This document shows, piece after piece, positions 1 through 12,654 of a stretch of 32,273 nucleotides of DNA. The notes below the pieces were generated by a model. It was not told where the DNA came from, did not search any database, and worked only from the letters and a program-made list of their open reading frames with translations. Source of the stretch: Catajapyx aquilonaris (Eukaryota). The stretch is from assembly GCA_000934665.2 (NCBI GenBank), contig JYFJ02004414.1, forward strand, positions 1 through 32,273, in the 5' to 3' direction. The translations under genes and the position numbers were made by a program. Each line of letters opens with the position of its first letter. Position 1 is the stretch's first letter.

Positions 1-878
1 GGGGAAAACTGGTTATAGCAACAAAAAAAAAAAAAAACGAGGAGAAAAAATATGATGGGAGGGGTTTTGCAGTGTAGCGGAGCTGTGATAAAGAAGCTGC
101 CGGTCCCCCGGATCCATAATATTATTATCGAGCGCGCGTCTGGCTCATTTATTTTCATGTCCAGGCAGCGCTAATCGATCCTCTCGGCCTCTATTCGCTA
201 ATTGACCAATAAAAATTGCAAGCTGGGAGGGAATTCCGCTGACATCTGGCGGGATCCGGCTCCGATTTCAACACGCCAATAAGGGATTTTGCACATGACT
301 GACTCTCGTTTATGTACTGACCATTACATATGGCAAGCAGTATCATCAGGTAGTAGAAGGGGTGGAAGGAAAATCACAAATAAGTTCAACTCATGGTTCA
401 GTATTTCTGACAATAAGACACCCTGTTATTTTTACAAACTATCATTAATTCAGTGACAATAATGCTGATCCATTGATATTAAGTACAGTACATTTAAACA
501 TATTCAGCACCTGTGGTTATATTTGTACCATTTCAAGTCCGTGAAAAAATACTGGTCGTCAGAAATTGGCCCACTCGAGTTAATTTACGGTAAGGTTAAA
601 ACTTATTTGTTAAGCGAAGTTTACTAGATTCATTTGAGCAGGTCTGCGTGACCCGACAATAATTAGCTATAAAGTTCGTGTAAAAATTTAGTGGTGTCAA
701 GCACCTGAACTGTTCGGTCGGAAAACTTTTTGCTCTATCACAGAATTGCCTAAAAGGACGCCATACTCCCAAGAAACTGCAATCACCATCTTTTAAAAAT
801 ACTCTGGCACAACCTCCGAGCACTCTGACTTTGCGGGAAATGGCGGAAAATATTATATCATATTGGCGTGGACAATCT

Positions 879-3800
879 TCACATAGCAGTGTTCTGATCA
901 AATCCAAGATTGTCAACACCTGCGCCTTTATCAGAATTGTCTTCTTTGGTATCGTCTTCTGTGTGTTCCACGTATTTGTAGCGCGTGCACAATAAAAGGA
1001 AAATGATCATGTCCAGTCCCATGAGGCCAGCAAACAAGAAAAATTCCATGGACTGCCTCTTGAAGAATTTGGCCTCGGCTACGATGACCACGATCAGATT
1101 TCCGAAAGCCACTGTCAGCAGCCAGGCAGCTTGCAGCACAGACTTCATGCTTACAGGTGACTAGAAGAGAGATTACCTTATTAGTTTCGGAAAAGCGAGT
1201 CTATAATAAAGTTAACCAACCTGTGTGAATGAAAACTCCAGTCCTGTTATGGAGAACATAATCTCTCCTACAGTTATGATGAAATACTGAGGTATCAGCC
1301 ACAGCATGTGTATGGAATTTGGTTCTGTCAGGGTAAACAACTTGACTACAGGTTTCGAATTGTTTGATGAGTCTACCAGAATAGAGTAAACACCGCCTAG
1401 CCGGAGCTGAACACCACCAAGATCTGCCATGCCGCTTCTGCTATTGTCACTCATCCACACCTCGTAAATTCCGCTGTCTGTTTCCTTATAGTCACTGGCA
1501 CCCATGTCTTCACCAGTGCCATTTAGCGGAAAAATTAGTGGTTTGTCTGATGAACTGCTCCTAAGTTCTATCCGATCGCTGCTATTCTCTGCGAACACAT
1601 TATAGAGAAGTCTCACTTTTGGTTTTCCGCTCCTCGACTTGTCCAGGTCGTCTGGTATCTCCACATCGTACACTGAGAGCTCACCATCTCTCTGTCCAAT
1701 CAGTATGGTGTGGGCCTGCAAAGAAAGTCAATTAACACCAAGCGAGCTACACAAGATAGTACCATTTACCTCTTTCTCAACCGCTGTAACACTGGTCGTA
1801 AGTGTATCATTTGTGCCCAGCACACAATTTTGAAGGATATGAAATTCCACCGGAAAAGTCAAGTTTCCTTGTACATGCAAATGCCGTTGCAACTGTGAGC
1901 TTTCAGAAGCCACTGTCATTTGGAACTCCGGTGACGTGGATCTAACTTCAACGGGGCATGGAAGTGAATTGATGAAGACCAGGTGTGCCGATCCTGCAAC
2001 AGGAAGGTCAGGGTACGTCTTCTCCAGCTTGAGTTCCACTATTCCGGACACCACAAAGGCGAGTCCTGCAAGAATCCCTCCGACGATCATCCTCTGCAAC
2101 GGCTTCACCAGAAGGCCACATTTGGCGAAGACAGGATACACACATCCTTCGAATATGGGTATAAAGGCCAGGATCAAGAATGGGTTGATCACTTGCATTT
2201 GATCAGGCTTGATGGTGTAGCTGCCAATCTCGCCGTCCATCCTGGTGGCTTGGAATGTCCATCGGGAGCCTTGCTGGTCAAAGAGAGCCCAGAAGATCGG
2301 TAGGGGTACATAGAGCAACAGGACTCGAAGGACGGCCTTGATGTCTTCGATCAAGGTGCGATCGAATTTGTTGTCAGCCCAGTCCAACCAGTGAGTTCTC
2401 TTTTCGTTGCGGGATGTGTCAGTGACGCGACGACGTTGTCTCCACTTTTGCTTCACAGCGTGCTGAAAAAACGGGCCATTCAAAAATCGAGTACATGAAC
2501 CGTGTGATGATTAGTTCCCCACGTACCGTCATGCAATTCCACACAGTGACAATGATGGCACCCTCAGGAGCAAGCATTTTATAAAGGGGTTTCCCAGCCA
2601 CAAAGATAACTGCAGCGAAAGATTAGTTAGTGTTAGGTTATGGCAAGAAGAAGCGCAACTGAAGTAAGAAAAGACAGAGATCCTTGTCCGACATGCATTG
2701 TAATACTAGGTGTCACATTGACACTTTATGCACTATCTAGGTTCTTTTTTTGAAGCACATGTTCAAAAATCATGCAACAGCAGATACATGCATATAGTGA
2801 TATGGCACGGCATGCGTGTGAGTTGGTTGGGTTAATTATAAACGAGTTTCTAATATGCCGTTATAGGTAAGACTCACAGTCATACACCTCGTCACTTGCA
2901 ACACCACGTTGCCAGTAGGCTGTTTGATTATGTACATACTTTTTCCGGCCAGAAAAAGAACTGCAAGATATTTGAAATGACCACCTGATAATCACACAAC
3001 ACTTCAAATATCTACGACACTTACGCAAAGAAACGATCATTAGGATGGCAGGTACTCCAAAAGCAAGGGAGTAACACGTATCGTTTCCGTAGCACTTGAC
3101 ATCCTGCCTCAATATCGGCGTCAGAAACGTCGAGATGAGCGACCCTGCATTGATCGAAAAGTAAAAGACGGAGAAGAAGCTCTGCAGTTGCCTCTGCTGA
3201 TCCGGAAGCTTAAACTGGTCTCCTCCAAAGGCCGACACGCAGGGCTTGATTCCTCCTGTCCCAAGAGCTATCAAGGCAAGTCCCAGCATGGAGAAGGCAG
3301 TGGATGGTAGCTTAAGAGGAGGAAGAGCCGCGAAGCTGAGGACCACGTTGCCCAGAGCGTAGATTATGGAGACGTAGAAGATGGTCCTGAACTTGCCCAG
3401 GAGGGAATCGGCCAGTATGGCTCCCAAAAGAGGGGTGAAATAGCACAGCATGTTGAACGAGTGGTATATCACAGTGGAGTCGTCCTCGGAGAACTTCAAC
3501 ATCCCGTTCAGGTACAGGGCCAAGATCGCTGTGGAGGGATCAAATGGATGAATCTTTCTCTCATGGGTGGATACCATCACAGAGGTATATGATGTGCCAG
3601 TTAGTTACAGGAAAAAATAGGAAAAAAATAACCTGGCTGGTATGAGGTGCAGGATTATAATGGTGAATATAGCGTAGGCTACTCATAGTAAAACTGTACT
3701 GCAAAACAAGCTCGTTGCATTACAGGCCGGTTGGACGCAACGACCGCAACAATTACGGTGCCTACGCAGGATTTATGAGAACAAATCATATAAATAGTCC

Positions 3801-6614
3801 CGTGGACTTTGTGTCAGACATTTTGACGCCCTTAATTTGAAAATGGAAACGCGTTATGTTGATATAATAACACCAAATATGGGCACTTTGATCATAGAAA
3901 ATTGTGTACGTTATACAGCATAATTTAGTCAAGCTTTGCTTATCCACCTTCTAAAATATGTATTTGTCCAAATGGTGCGTTTTAACATGAAACGAAAGTT
4001 AAACTGGGAATTAATGCACAAAGAATGGCTATTATGGCTGTAAATAATTACGGGATAAATTATCCTAATATAACGAAAATTAGATTTCATATGCGCTGAT
4101 TTCACAACACATTAAATTTCATGAAGAGTGAACCTTTCAGTGTTTTTCGTCCTAGTGAATATGTAAAGGATTTGCTTCTGCACTGTTTCACAGCTATATG
4201 TGAAGCATTATTACACCACACTCACTATAGGCGTGTGTAAGACTGTACAGTGCCAGGCACCAACTAGACGATTATTCCGATATTTTTCGTGCAGCCTGTC
4301 ACCCACCGCAGGTCATATGAGGGGGAAAAAATCTAACCACCGCGGGCAATGGGCTGTTCGCGATTCAATTTGCATTAGCGCAGTCCGAAAAAAAATGCTT
4401 AACAGTAATAAAATCGCATGCGCCTATTAGTATTAAAGCAAATATGCAGCCGACTCGAGAAATAAACACAATTATAAAATGCAATCTGCCAGGCCACGTT
4501 AGGCAGCCAATAATCACTTGGACACACATTACAACTATTTGATTACGTACTGCATTCGCAACACGCATAATATTGATCAGAGTTAGTTGCTTAATTCGGT
4601 GCAGCAGCAGAAGGCTATAATGAGTGAATTTGTTACAAGTACAGTGTCATCATGGATTTGACGGACTCGCATGCAGCAGGCAGGACATTATGGGAACATG
4701 GGAGAGGAATCAAGGCCGTTCCCTGCCAGCAATTCAGGCAGATGTGAGGCGGAACCAATCAGTAATTACAGCCAGGCTTGCAGGTGTGCAAGACTCACTT
4801 TTCATCCCATAGAACGAAAACCTCTCGCAGAACTCGTTTCCGACGATGAAAAACACCGACTTCGGATATTTCGGCTTCTGTAAAGAAAATAAGAACATTG
4901 ACGTATATTAATGAGGAGCGTAATCTACTTATGTTGTAATGAGTTTAACATCTGCAGTAATAGGGACATGGGGTAACCTTGAGATGATCACAATGACAAT
5001 CCCTTGATGTCACAGGTTGATGCATAGGTCATGTCCTTCCATTGTTCTGGTTCCGTCGCAAAATCTTTGCAATACCGTGTTGACACGCTGGCCTTTAATT
5101 CAATAAGCATATGACTAGTCGGTACATTCAACATAGAGTCGTTAAGATTAAATGTCTCCTGGAGTTTTGTACCATACTTTACACTATTTCAATATTAGAT
5201 GAGGTCAATTAGCGCCGATCCAAAGGGTATACATAAGCCTAAATAGCAATTGGATTTAAGTGCATTTAAATTCGAATTCGATCAAGTAACTAACAATCAA
5301 TCGCCATTGATTAGTAAAACACAAAAATTAGTCAAGATGTACCATAAAGGCCATCAGTCGGTGCCATTCAGCAGGATGAAAAACTGGTGCTTTAGGGATA
5401 TATTCTGAAAGGGGCGTTTTGTTATTACACTGTTTACTGCCGCGGCTTCGTATATTGCAACTGATGGAGAAAACAATACCATGACAATAATCCCATGATA
5501 CAGAAAGAAACATCCGTAATATTATTTTGTGTCTAAATGCAACAAATACCACTGGAGCAATAAAATTCAACACACGCCGGAATGTGAAAGAGACAAATGA
5601 TTGCCTTTTTATTGCTGTCTCATACGTAGGTAAAACTCGCAGATAAAAACTATTTTTAATATAACCGGTATCGGCAGCGCAAAACATTCAAGGCCAAAAT
5701 CTGACATTATAAGGCACCTTTTCTTCACATCCAATAATCAACATTTTCTGGCCCCTGAACAATGTTACGCAACAACAGATTACGTGATTTTCAACGTGGG
5801 ACATTAGCGCCCATCTGCCAGATGACGACACGCATAATAAGGAATATTCCCATACCGGAAGGACAACAACAATGAATATAACACTGTCAAAAAAAAAGGA
5901 CATAAAAAACTACTTTACGCCCGAGTGACAGTCGATTGAACGAAATGTAGGTGAGAGTATAGATATAGAGTCGCGTAGGAAGCAAGGGGCGAAATGAAGT
6001 GGGGCAAAAGCAACAGGTTTCACCCCCTGGTCTCTGTTACACCCACTTGGCTGCGCATGTTCGACTTGATCCGGGATCATTCTCCGTTCTCTTTTTCTCA
6101 AACGAACCTCTAGGCCTTCCATCATTATGCCCCGCCACAGCCTTTCGTGCATAATCAAGTCACTTAAACGTCGCTCCAAAATCGCCTTTAGGCTATATCC
6201 TCTTTTCCTCAATCCGTAGAATCAATACGCGCTCCCCATTTGATTATGGTTTTTCTATTGTTATCAGGAGCACAGCGTGGACCTGAATTCCCGCCATTTT
6301 TCAATCCCCTTTGTTTGGAAGCTGGGATCGCCTGCGTCATAATATCAGGTCGAACCGGTTTCAATGTCCAGTTTTGGTATGCAAAAACGGGGTTTCATTT
6401 TTCGCATTTTTGGAGCGTAATTTGCACTAGTGGCTATATTTCAACTACTGTCAGTACGTTGTCCACTGGCTGCAAATTGGATATATCTTACACGTGATTT
6501 GCATAGGGGGTGACATGTGTGTCCATGGTTCAATGGTTGTCGTTCTATAACGAGATGTCTCACCTTCTTCTGGTCTGGATAGGCCGCATCCTCCATGTCT
6601 TGTAAGCGCCCCAT
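879..6614 (-). CDS. yin: SLC15/POT family proton-coupled oligopeptide transporter (PepT1/yin-like), spliced, about 728 aa with the proximal first exon
   Basis: Exons 6614-6564, 4877-4799, 3528-3025, [2960-2878 or 2609-2527], 2462-1770, 1715-1221, 1160-879 join in frame at GT-AG sites. Motifs: EFCERFSFYG (ExxER), GAILADSLLGKFRTI, GTGGIKPCVSAFGGDQF, FYFSINAGS, WALFDQQGSRWTFQA, IPQYFIITVGEIMFSITGLEFSFTQSP. Orthology to yin is inferred from motifs only. Confidence 0.93.
2527..2609 (-). CDS. Mutually exclusive exon A of the PepT1-like gene (83 nt, LIFVAGKPLYKMLAPEGAIIVTVWNCMT)
   Basis: Acceptor tttcgctgcag, donor gtacgt, phase 1 to 0; homologous to the end of TM6 and the following loop of PepT1. 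Confidence 0.85.
2878..2960 (-). CDS. Mutually exclusive exon B of the PepT1-like gene (83 nt, LLFLAGKSMYIIKQPTGNVVLQVTRCMT)
   Basis: Acceptor tatcttgcag, donor gtgagt; same length and phase as exon A; conserved G..Y....P.GN pattern. Confidence 0.88.
4799..4877 (-). CDS. PepT1-like exon with the ExxER motif (KPKYPKSVFFIVGNEFCERFSFYGMK), absent from the ORF track
   Basis: Acceptor ttctttacag, donor gtgagt; 79 nt, the same length as the paralogous exon 20366-20288. Confidence 0.95.
6063..6212 (-). mobile_element. Degraded RTE-type non-LTR retrotransposon 3' fragment
   Basis: Translation SLKAILERRLSDLIMHERLWRGIMMEGLEVRLRKRERRMIPDQV resembles the RTE ORF C-terminus (RR..GHI.RH..LL..I.EG..EG.R.RGRPR....DQI); recognised by eye only. 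Confidence 0.45.
6564..6614 (-). CDS. Candidate proximal first coding exon of the PepT1-like gene (MGRLQDMEDAAYPDQKK)
   Basis: Start context caaccATGg; donor AAG|gtgaga; phase 0 matches exon 4877. Confidence 0.65.
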
Positions 6615-7530
6615 GGTTGTGTCCCCCAACCACTAAACCACGCTCATATAAACGTGTGCACCTCGAGGATCCCACCAGTTGACTGTCGTAAAAACGAGCC
6701 TCCGAGGCCATTTGCCCGCACACTAACCACAGCCGATCACTCTGCCCTCTTTTCTAGCTCCTACTAACTAATGCTACACTAGACTCAACTCTTTCCTTGC
6801 TCCACTGGTCCAGAATTGTATTAGTCCTTTCTCTTTTTTGCCTCGTTTCATTGGAATTGAAATGGAGTAGACATATGCAACCTTCAACTTGACCGCTTCA
6901 TCAGGCGAAGCATATGCGAATCATAACGTGCTATGCAAATTTTGGAAAGTGGCCAGAAGCATTATCTGCGTATTAGAATCATTGCCAACCTGCTGGGGGT
7001 TAGGAGATGAAAAGCTCGTGTCAATATCTTGTGGTGATAGTAGTACTAATTTGAATCAAACTGACTACAGTGCGTGCTGCCGACTATTCGCATCAAGAGC
7101 ACCTGCTCATGTCTACACTTACATTCATTGTTTTACACTTTTCATATAGTCAATTGAATAATCGCAAGTGTATGATGAAGGTATTTGAAGTGTAAATCAA
7201 ACACGTACCTGGGTATCCACCTCGCTTTATCTTGGTAAAGTATTTCAAAAATGATATCATCGAGGTTAACTATAGCCTTAGCAAATATGGGCTCAGCGGT
7301 TAAGGGTTGAGGTGCAGGTGCAGCCTTTTCATAGGCGCACATAGTTGTGTTCACTTCCTGGTGTGGTGTAGAATTAAGCAAAGCAGCCAAACGATGGAAG
7401 TTTGGATGGACGGGATAAAGGAAACTGCATGGGAGGAGCTACTTCCTCCGCTAAATGAGCTCTCATCACGAGCATATGCAGAGGGGAAACGGCTAGAAAA
7501 TACAATTGTAATGGTGGAATATACTCTGAC

Positions 7531-7604
7531 CTTTTCCGCCGACGACTCCGAATCGGTGCCATCGTAGCTGTCCCTCTTGACCTCGGCATCCAAAAGGGCA
7601 GTAG
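7531..7604 (-). CDS. Candidate internal N-terminal exon of the PepT1-like gene (xTALLDAEVKRDSYDGTDSESSAEK)
   Basis: Acceptor ttttcgttcatttcag, donor AAG|gtcaga; phase 1 in, phase 0 out (fits exon 4877); GC-rich and coding-like within an AT-rich intron. Confidence 0.7.
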
Positions 7605-9667
7605 CTGAAATGAACGAAAATTTTGTCGAAAATCTTTTCTACTTTGCTGTAAAATAGATCCTACATTTATTAGTGGCATCAACCATTAATAAAAAGAGAC
7701 CTACTCTATTGTCAAAATAGCGAAGAAATGTAGTGTGACAGAAGTTACGTGGTATTTTACTTCAAACAAGACCTTTCACTTGCTGGATAGTGGAATGCCT
7801 ATATCTGTTATGATTGGCAGATAGCAGTACACCGCAAACATAATTATAATGTCCATAGTACATAATGACATACACGAATATAACATACTGCAGGTGGCCA
7901 TAGCGTATACAGTACATGCCCAGTTTTTCTATACTGTGGGAATAAGTTACACAGCACTATAAAAGTGATATGTAATTTTAATTACTGCAGGCATGCAGTT
8001 TCACTGAAGTTGATGGGTGTACCTTTCGAGAAACTAAAGTAATGCGGCCCTGTAAAAAAATCGATACACCTTATAGGGCGTTCAAATGTTCGTAGTGTTT
8101 AGACATTTTCTGGCCGTATCAGTTGCTTTTGCTTAGCCTTAGTCGCTATTAGTGGTTATCGTAAGTATTAGTAGAAAATATTAGACCGAATTGAATCATT
8201 TATTCCAGTTCTGATTTGTAATATTTCCTGTTGGTTATGGCCCATTGGAAACAATAGGAACAGGACGTCAATGATAAACCCATTTTTGAAGGCCAGAGGA
8301 AGAATAAAGATTATTATAATAACTACTGTACAACATACTGTAGGACGACCTATGTATATAGAATAATTCCGCGTATTTCTTATCAGGTAACCGATAGGCA
8401 CATTGGCCAATTTTGTGGCATACCAAGTACTGTACATGTAGAAATGGAGCATAAACATTGGCCAAATTGTGCTACATTAAAAACCACAGTAATTTCTCAG
8501 GGCTGTTGATACCATATCCATCAAAAATTTAGCGGAGACTGACATTCAGTATTACAGTACGTCCATAAAGTACGTCACACCGGCTTTTCTAAACGATTTA
8601 GCATAATATATTACCATTAGTCTGCGCCAAGGACTTTCGATATCTTACATTTCTAGTCTTATCAAGTGATTCTATTGAGTAATGCAAATAAACTTACTGC
8701 CAATTACGCCATAAAAATGAGATGTAGACATATGAGACTAAGCCATTGACGAGTGCAAGACACTCTTTTATCATATCGGTTATGTACACCTTAAATTATG
8801 TGCACAACAAAGCTCGTGACAACAAGGAAAAGGCGCAGTTGTTTTATCAAAAGAATCGATAATAGACTATAATGCCTTCCAACCCAAAATAATCTGGCGG
8901 TATCGGAGCTGGCGGTGTAACGAGGAAGTCGACTATCTTCGTTTTGACGCAAGTTTATAGTTAGGGGTAAAAATCGTTTGTATGTCAAGCGTTTGTGCCA
9001 TAACAATAGAGCGCGTGGTTCGAACATAACACTGCCATTAGTTAGGTACTGGAAGAATGGTCTTTTCGCAAAGTAGGCTCCCTGCGGCCTGCTTCCTTCT
9101 CTCCAAATAAGTAGTACTCAATTTGCACCACCAACTTTAATTTATGTAGACATAAGGCACGGTAACGGAAGGTACGCATTTTGTAACTATTCTAATTGTA
9201 ATTCTAATACCTTGGGTAGGTACTGTTGGTTGTTGTCTACTTTTGACTGCATGTTCCCATGTCAAGTACTGGATCTACCGACAGCACTCACAACTGTGAC
9301 ATTACCGATAATACATGGATGTAAATTTAAAGCCAAACAACCATAGCTAATGTCTTGTAACCTAGGTGATCACGTCACACACATTGAAACAGAAAATAAT
9401 TATGCAAATTTTAATGACATGCTGAAATGAAAAACAACAAAAATCCATGCAAAATATTGCGGTTAAAATCACACAATCAATTTTATATGCGGTGTTTACC
9501 CCAAGCAATTCAGGTCACCAAACCCACGCGTGAAAGCTAGATTATCTGATAGACGGTGCAGTGTTGTTATGTCGACATGCATTATTCCAAGGTGGACTTA
9601 ATCTCTGTGAGATAGTCCCCACATGCTGAAAATCTTGGTGCATAGAATGACTGCGACAGAACCATAC

Positions 9668-9725
9668 CTTCCCAATCAAATCCGTCGCCTTCCTCCTCCT
9701 CCTCCTCTTCTTCACTTATCTCCAT
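9668..9725 (-). CDS. Candidate alternative first coding exon (MEISEEEEEEEGDGFDWE)
   Basis: ATG to AAG|gtatgg is 58 nt, phase 1, matching exon 7604; Inr-like TTCAGTG near 9800 with ATTAAA about 30 nt upstream. Confidence 0.5.
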
Positions 9726-10100
9726 TACACCCTCACAATTGGCACTCAGTTACTGTACATAGTCAAATGATTCCCACCTCTCACAAACTTGCACAACACT
9801 GAATATGCACCTTGAGATATGAATGTTTAATCCAGACATGACGTAAGAGCTTGCCTACAAATGCATGCGATCAGTTAGTATACATTTCCCGTGGTCACAG
9901 GTGTCTGGTTATTTAATATTAATCACTAAATTAAGCATAAGCATTCGAGATGCCCCATGGTTTGGTCCGTCAGCCAACATGTACTTCTCAATTTTTACGC
10001 TCACACTACTATTATAGAACAAAACTCGCGACACATGGCGCACACACGATAGAACTATAGTAACTGTCTATCAACACTTGCAAATTGTTGCATATCTCAC

Positions 10101-10119
10101 CTGGAGTGGCGGTCCTCAT
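10101..10119 (-). CDS. Candidate alternative start exon (MRTATP)
   Basis: Start context caaaaaATG; donor CAG|gtgaga; 19 nt, phase 1, matching exon 7604; short, so a chance match is possible. Confidence 0.4.
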
Positions 10120-12654
10120 TTTTTGGTGGGTTCCTACGAAATGTGTCCTTCAAATTCACACCCTGTCATGGTACCCGTTCACGTATGACACACTACTGCT
10201 CATGTGATATGGCTCGAAATCAACGGGAAGTGTCGATACTGCCAATATGAAGTGGGGAAAAAAATTGTCTCGGCAACCCAACAATGTTGCCAGATTTCCT
10301 ATATTTATTGAGCTGCATAAACTTATATCTTTGAGTCAAATGCTAAAAACCGAGATGTCATAAATTTCAAATATTATTGTGGTTGACCTTCTATTCGACT
10401 GCTTGTACCATTGAACTAAAAGGAAGTGGTGTGTTCCAGAGGTTGCCAGCATTGTGTGATAATTTCACTTCCTCAATTACCGCTCCTATAAGCGCACTTT
10501 TTAAAGACCGCTTGTGACATTTTATTATGAGGCGTTTTGCAAACTTGTGGTACTGTATATAACGAGAGGTAAATCCTGCTGCAGGGTGATCCAAAATTAT
10601 TGACACAAAGGTACTGTACGCACCTGACGTGGAAGGAGCAGCAATGAGAAAGCCTAGCACGAAGACAGCTATACAGTATTTCTGCAGTTCAAATGAGTTA
10701 AAATTTTCAGGACACTCTCTATGTTAATGAATTAGTTTTGAACAATTTGGTTAAATTGTATTAGATTGTTGTGTTGCCAGGTTGCCAGTTGTCAACCAAC
10801 AATACAATATGTATCCAGACTTTTGGTTCACCCTGTGTTTTGTGCAACGTCAGGTTGTTTTTGAACCTCGGTGATGTCGCTATTGGTTTCGCCTACGTCG
10901 TACTGTAGTGTACCGTTCAGGATGCAATATTGCTCTGAATAAATAAGTTAACTCGTAAAAGTACAGTATAAAACGGTACTGGGCCTGCAGGTTAAGTGGC
11001 TAAGTGCGTGGGTGACATCAGGTCGTTTTGATCAATCTGATTATCAGTGGCGTGCCGTGCAGACATCCAGCACTAGACTAACGAAGAACAATGAATCAGA
11101 TGGACTTCTTGGACAAGCTGTTGCTGATTACTCAACAAATCCACGTCGTTATAAATACTCTATTAAAGGTGTTTGAAAACTATTCAAGTTCTTAATTTTA
11201 CATTGATTGTACTACACAGGCCTGACACAGGCATGCAGCAGTACAAAAACATATTAATCGCATTTATTGCCACAACTGTCCGCCTCTGTGTGTTTGATAC
11301 TGTCATGTAAGTAGGCCTACAGTTTATTTGGAAATTCCACTTCTAAAAATTCAATATTATTGATGCAATTTTAGATCAAGCAGTTTTATAGTTGAGTACA
11401 CGGCAACATTTTGAATTATTGTGTGCGTCATGTTCCTGTCTTATGACCCTGCCCTGCACTATTATGACAAGCCGGGTCTGGGCGGATTCCGTAATCATTA
11501 CGTACCGTATCCATGCAAAGTCTAAGAACCGGACATTAGTTCAATGACCATGTTAGCACACAGCAATCGATTCTGCTCCATATAAATTCACATCACAAAT
11601 GCACGCAATGGTATTGCATATGTCTTAAAACCAAAATGCTGTATCAAAATACTGCACGTAGGATATAATTATGTACATCACGGCTTGTATAACATGTTAA
11701 TCTCAATTTAGCCTAATTAATTTTCTTAAACTGCACTAAGCACTTTTTTCAAACCATAGGCTATACACCCCATCTCATAAAATAATGCGAGTCTAATTGC
11801 ATGCATTGAAGAAAGGTTGACATATCTATTAACCATGCAAAAACTATTGAAATACCAATGCTGACTATGAGGTACGCCATACTTTTGGCGAAGCAAAAAT
11901 ATTGGAGTAGTTTTAGTTTTGAGACTACATGAATTTAAAATGCAAACTCTAACTTTGCCATGAAGTTAGTACGGTACGGTAATTTTGTTGCTTAGATTAC
12001 ACCTGCTTCAGGCATGTGCGACAGTGAAAAAATCTAAATGATATGATGAGCAATACCGGAAGTGTGGGACAAACCCGCACAGATAACCGCTAACTCATGA
12101 CACAAATAATAATAAAAAACAGGCAGGTGTCTTTTCTTGTGACGATGAATTGCTGCAGTGGTGTGGTACCATTACTTAGAACTATCCCCCGTAAGTTTTC
12201 TTATGGGTTTCTGTAGTTCTTTGCTGCTGACAGCTACTGACAACGACATGGGACATGTGTATCGACAGTGGATCTGGTACTGTTATTAATTGTTGGCAAC
12301 AATGAGCTAACAATTATTAACAACAAGGATAGACCCATGCCTGCACCTGAATCTTTCGCTGGTGCAAGAGGCCATAAGAACCCACCAAATATTTTTCGCC
12401 GTAACGCCTAACGTGACATTACGATTAATCTACAACATGTCAATATTTTAAAATTTTATGGCGAAAAATTATTTGAAAAGTAATCGGTCATATTTAGACA
12501 TATTTAGTCCCTGCTATAACATATCTCTCAATCAATAGGTTTACAAATGTACCTATGGTATAGACTGGAGAGTATATACAGCAGGTGGGTGTAGAGAATA
12601 TTTTACGTAAATAACTTAAATAAATAAACAACCTAATAGATATGTAAAACTTAC

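Noticed and set aside
272..870. 10-bp inverted pair CACGCCAATA / TATTGGCGTG
   Set aside because: Too short, no target-site duplication, compatible with chance
1639..2303. Plus-strand ORFs overlapping the transporter, and similar ones over paralog 2 and otoferlin
   Set aside because: Antisense shadows of coding exons with no recognisable protein motifs
2861..3024. Apparent frameshift or truncation at the end of ORF 2861-3580
   Set aside because: Explained by intron 3024-2961 and exon B; not a pseudogene
12281..12322. AT-rich imperfect hairpin (similar one near 29929-29955)
   Set aside because: Low complexity with no supporting context
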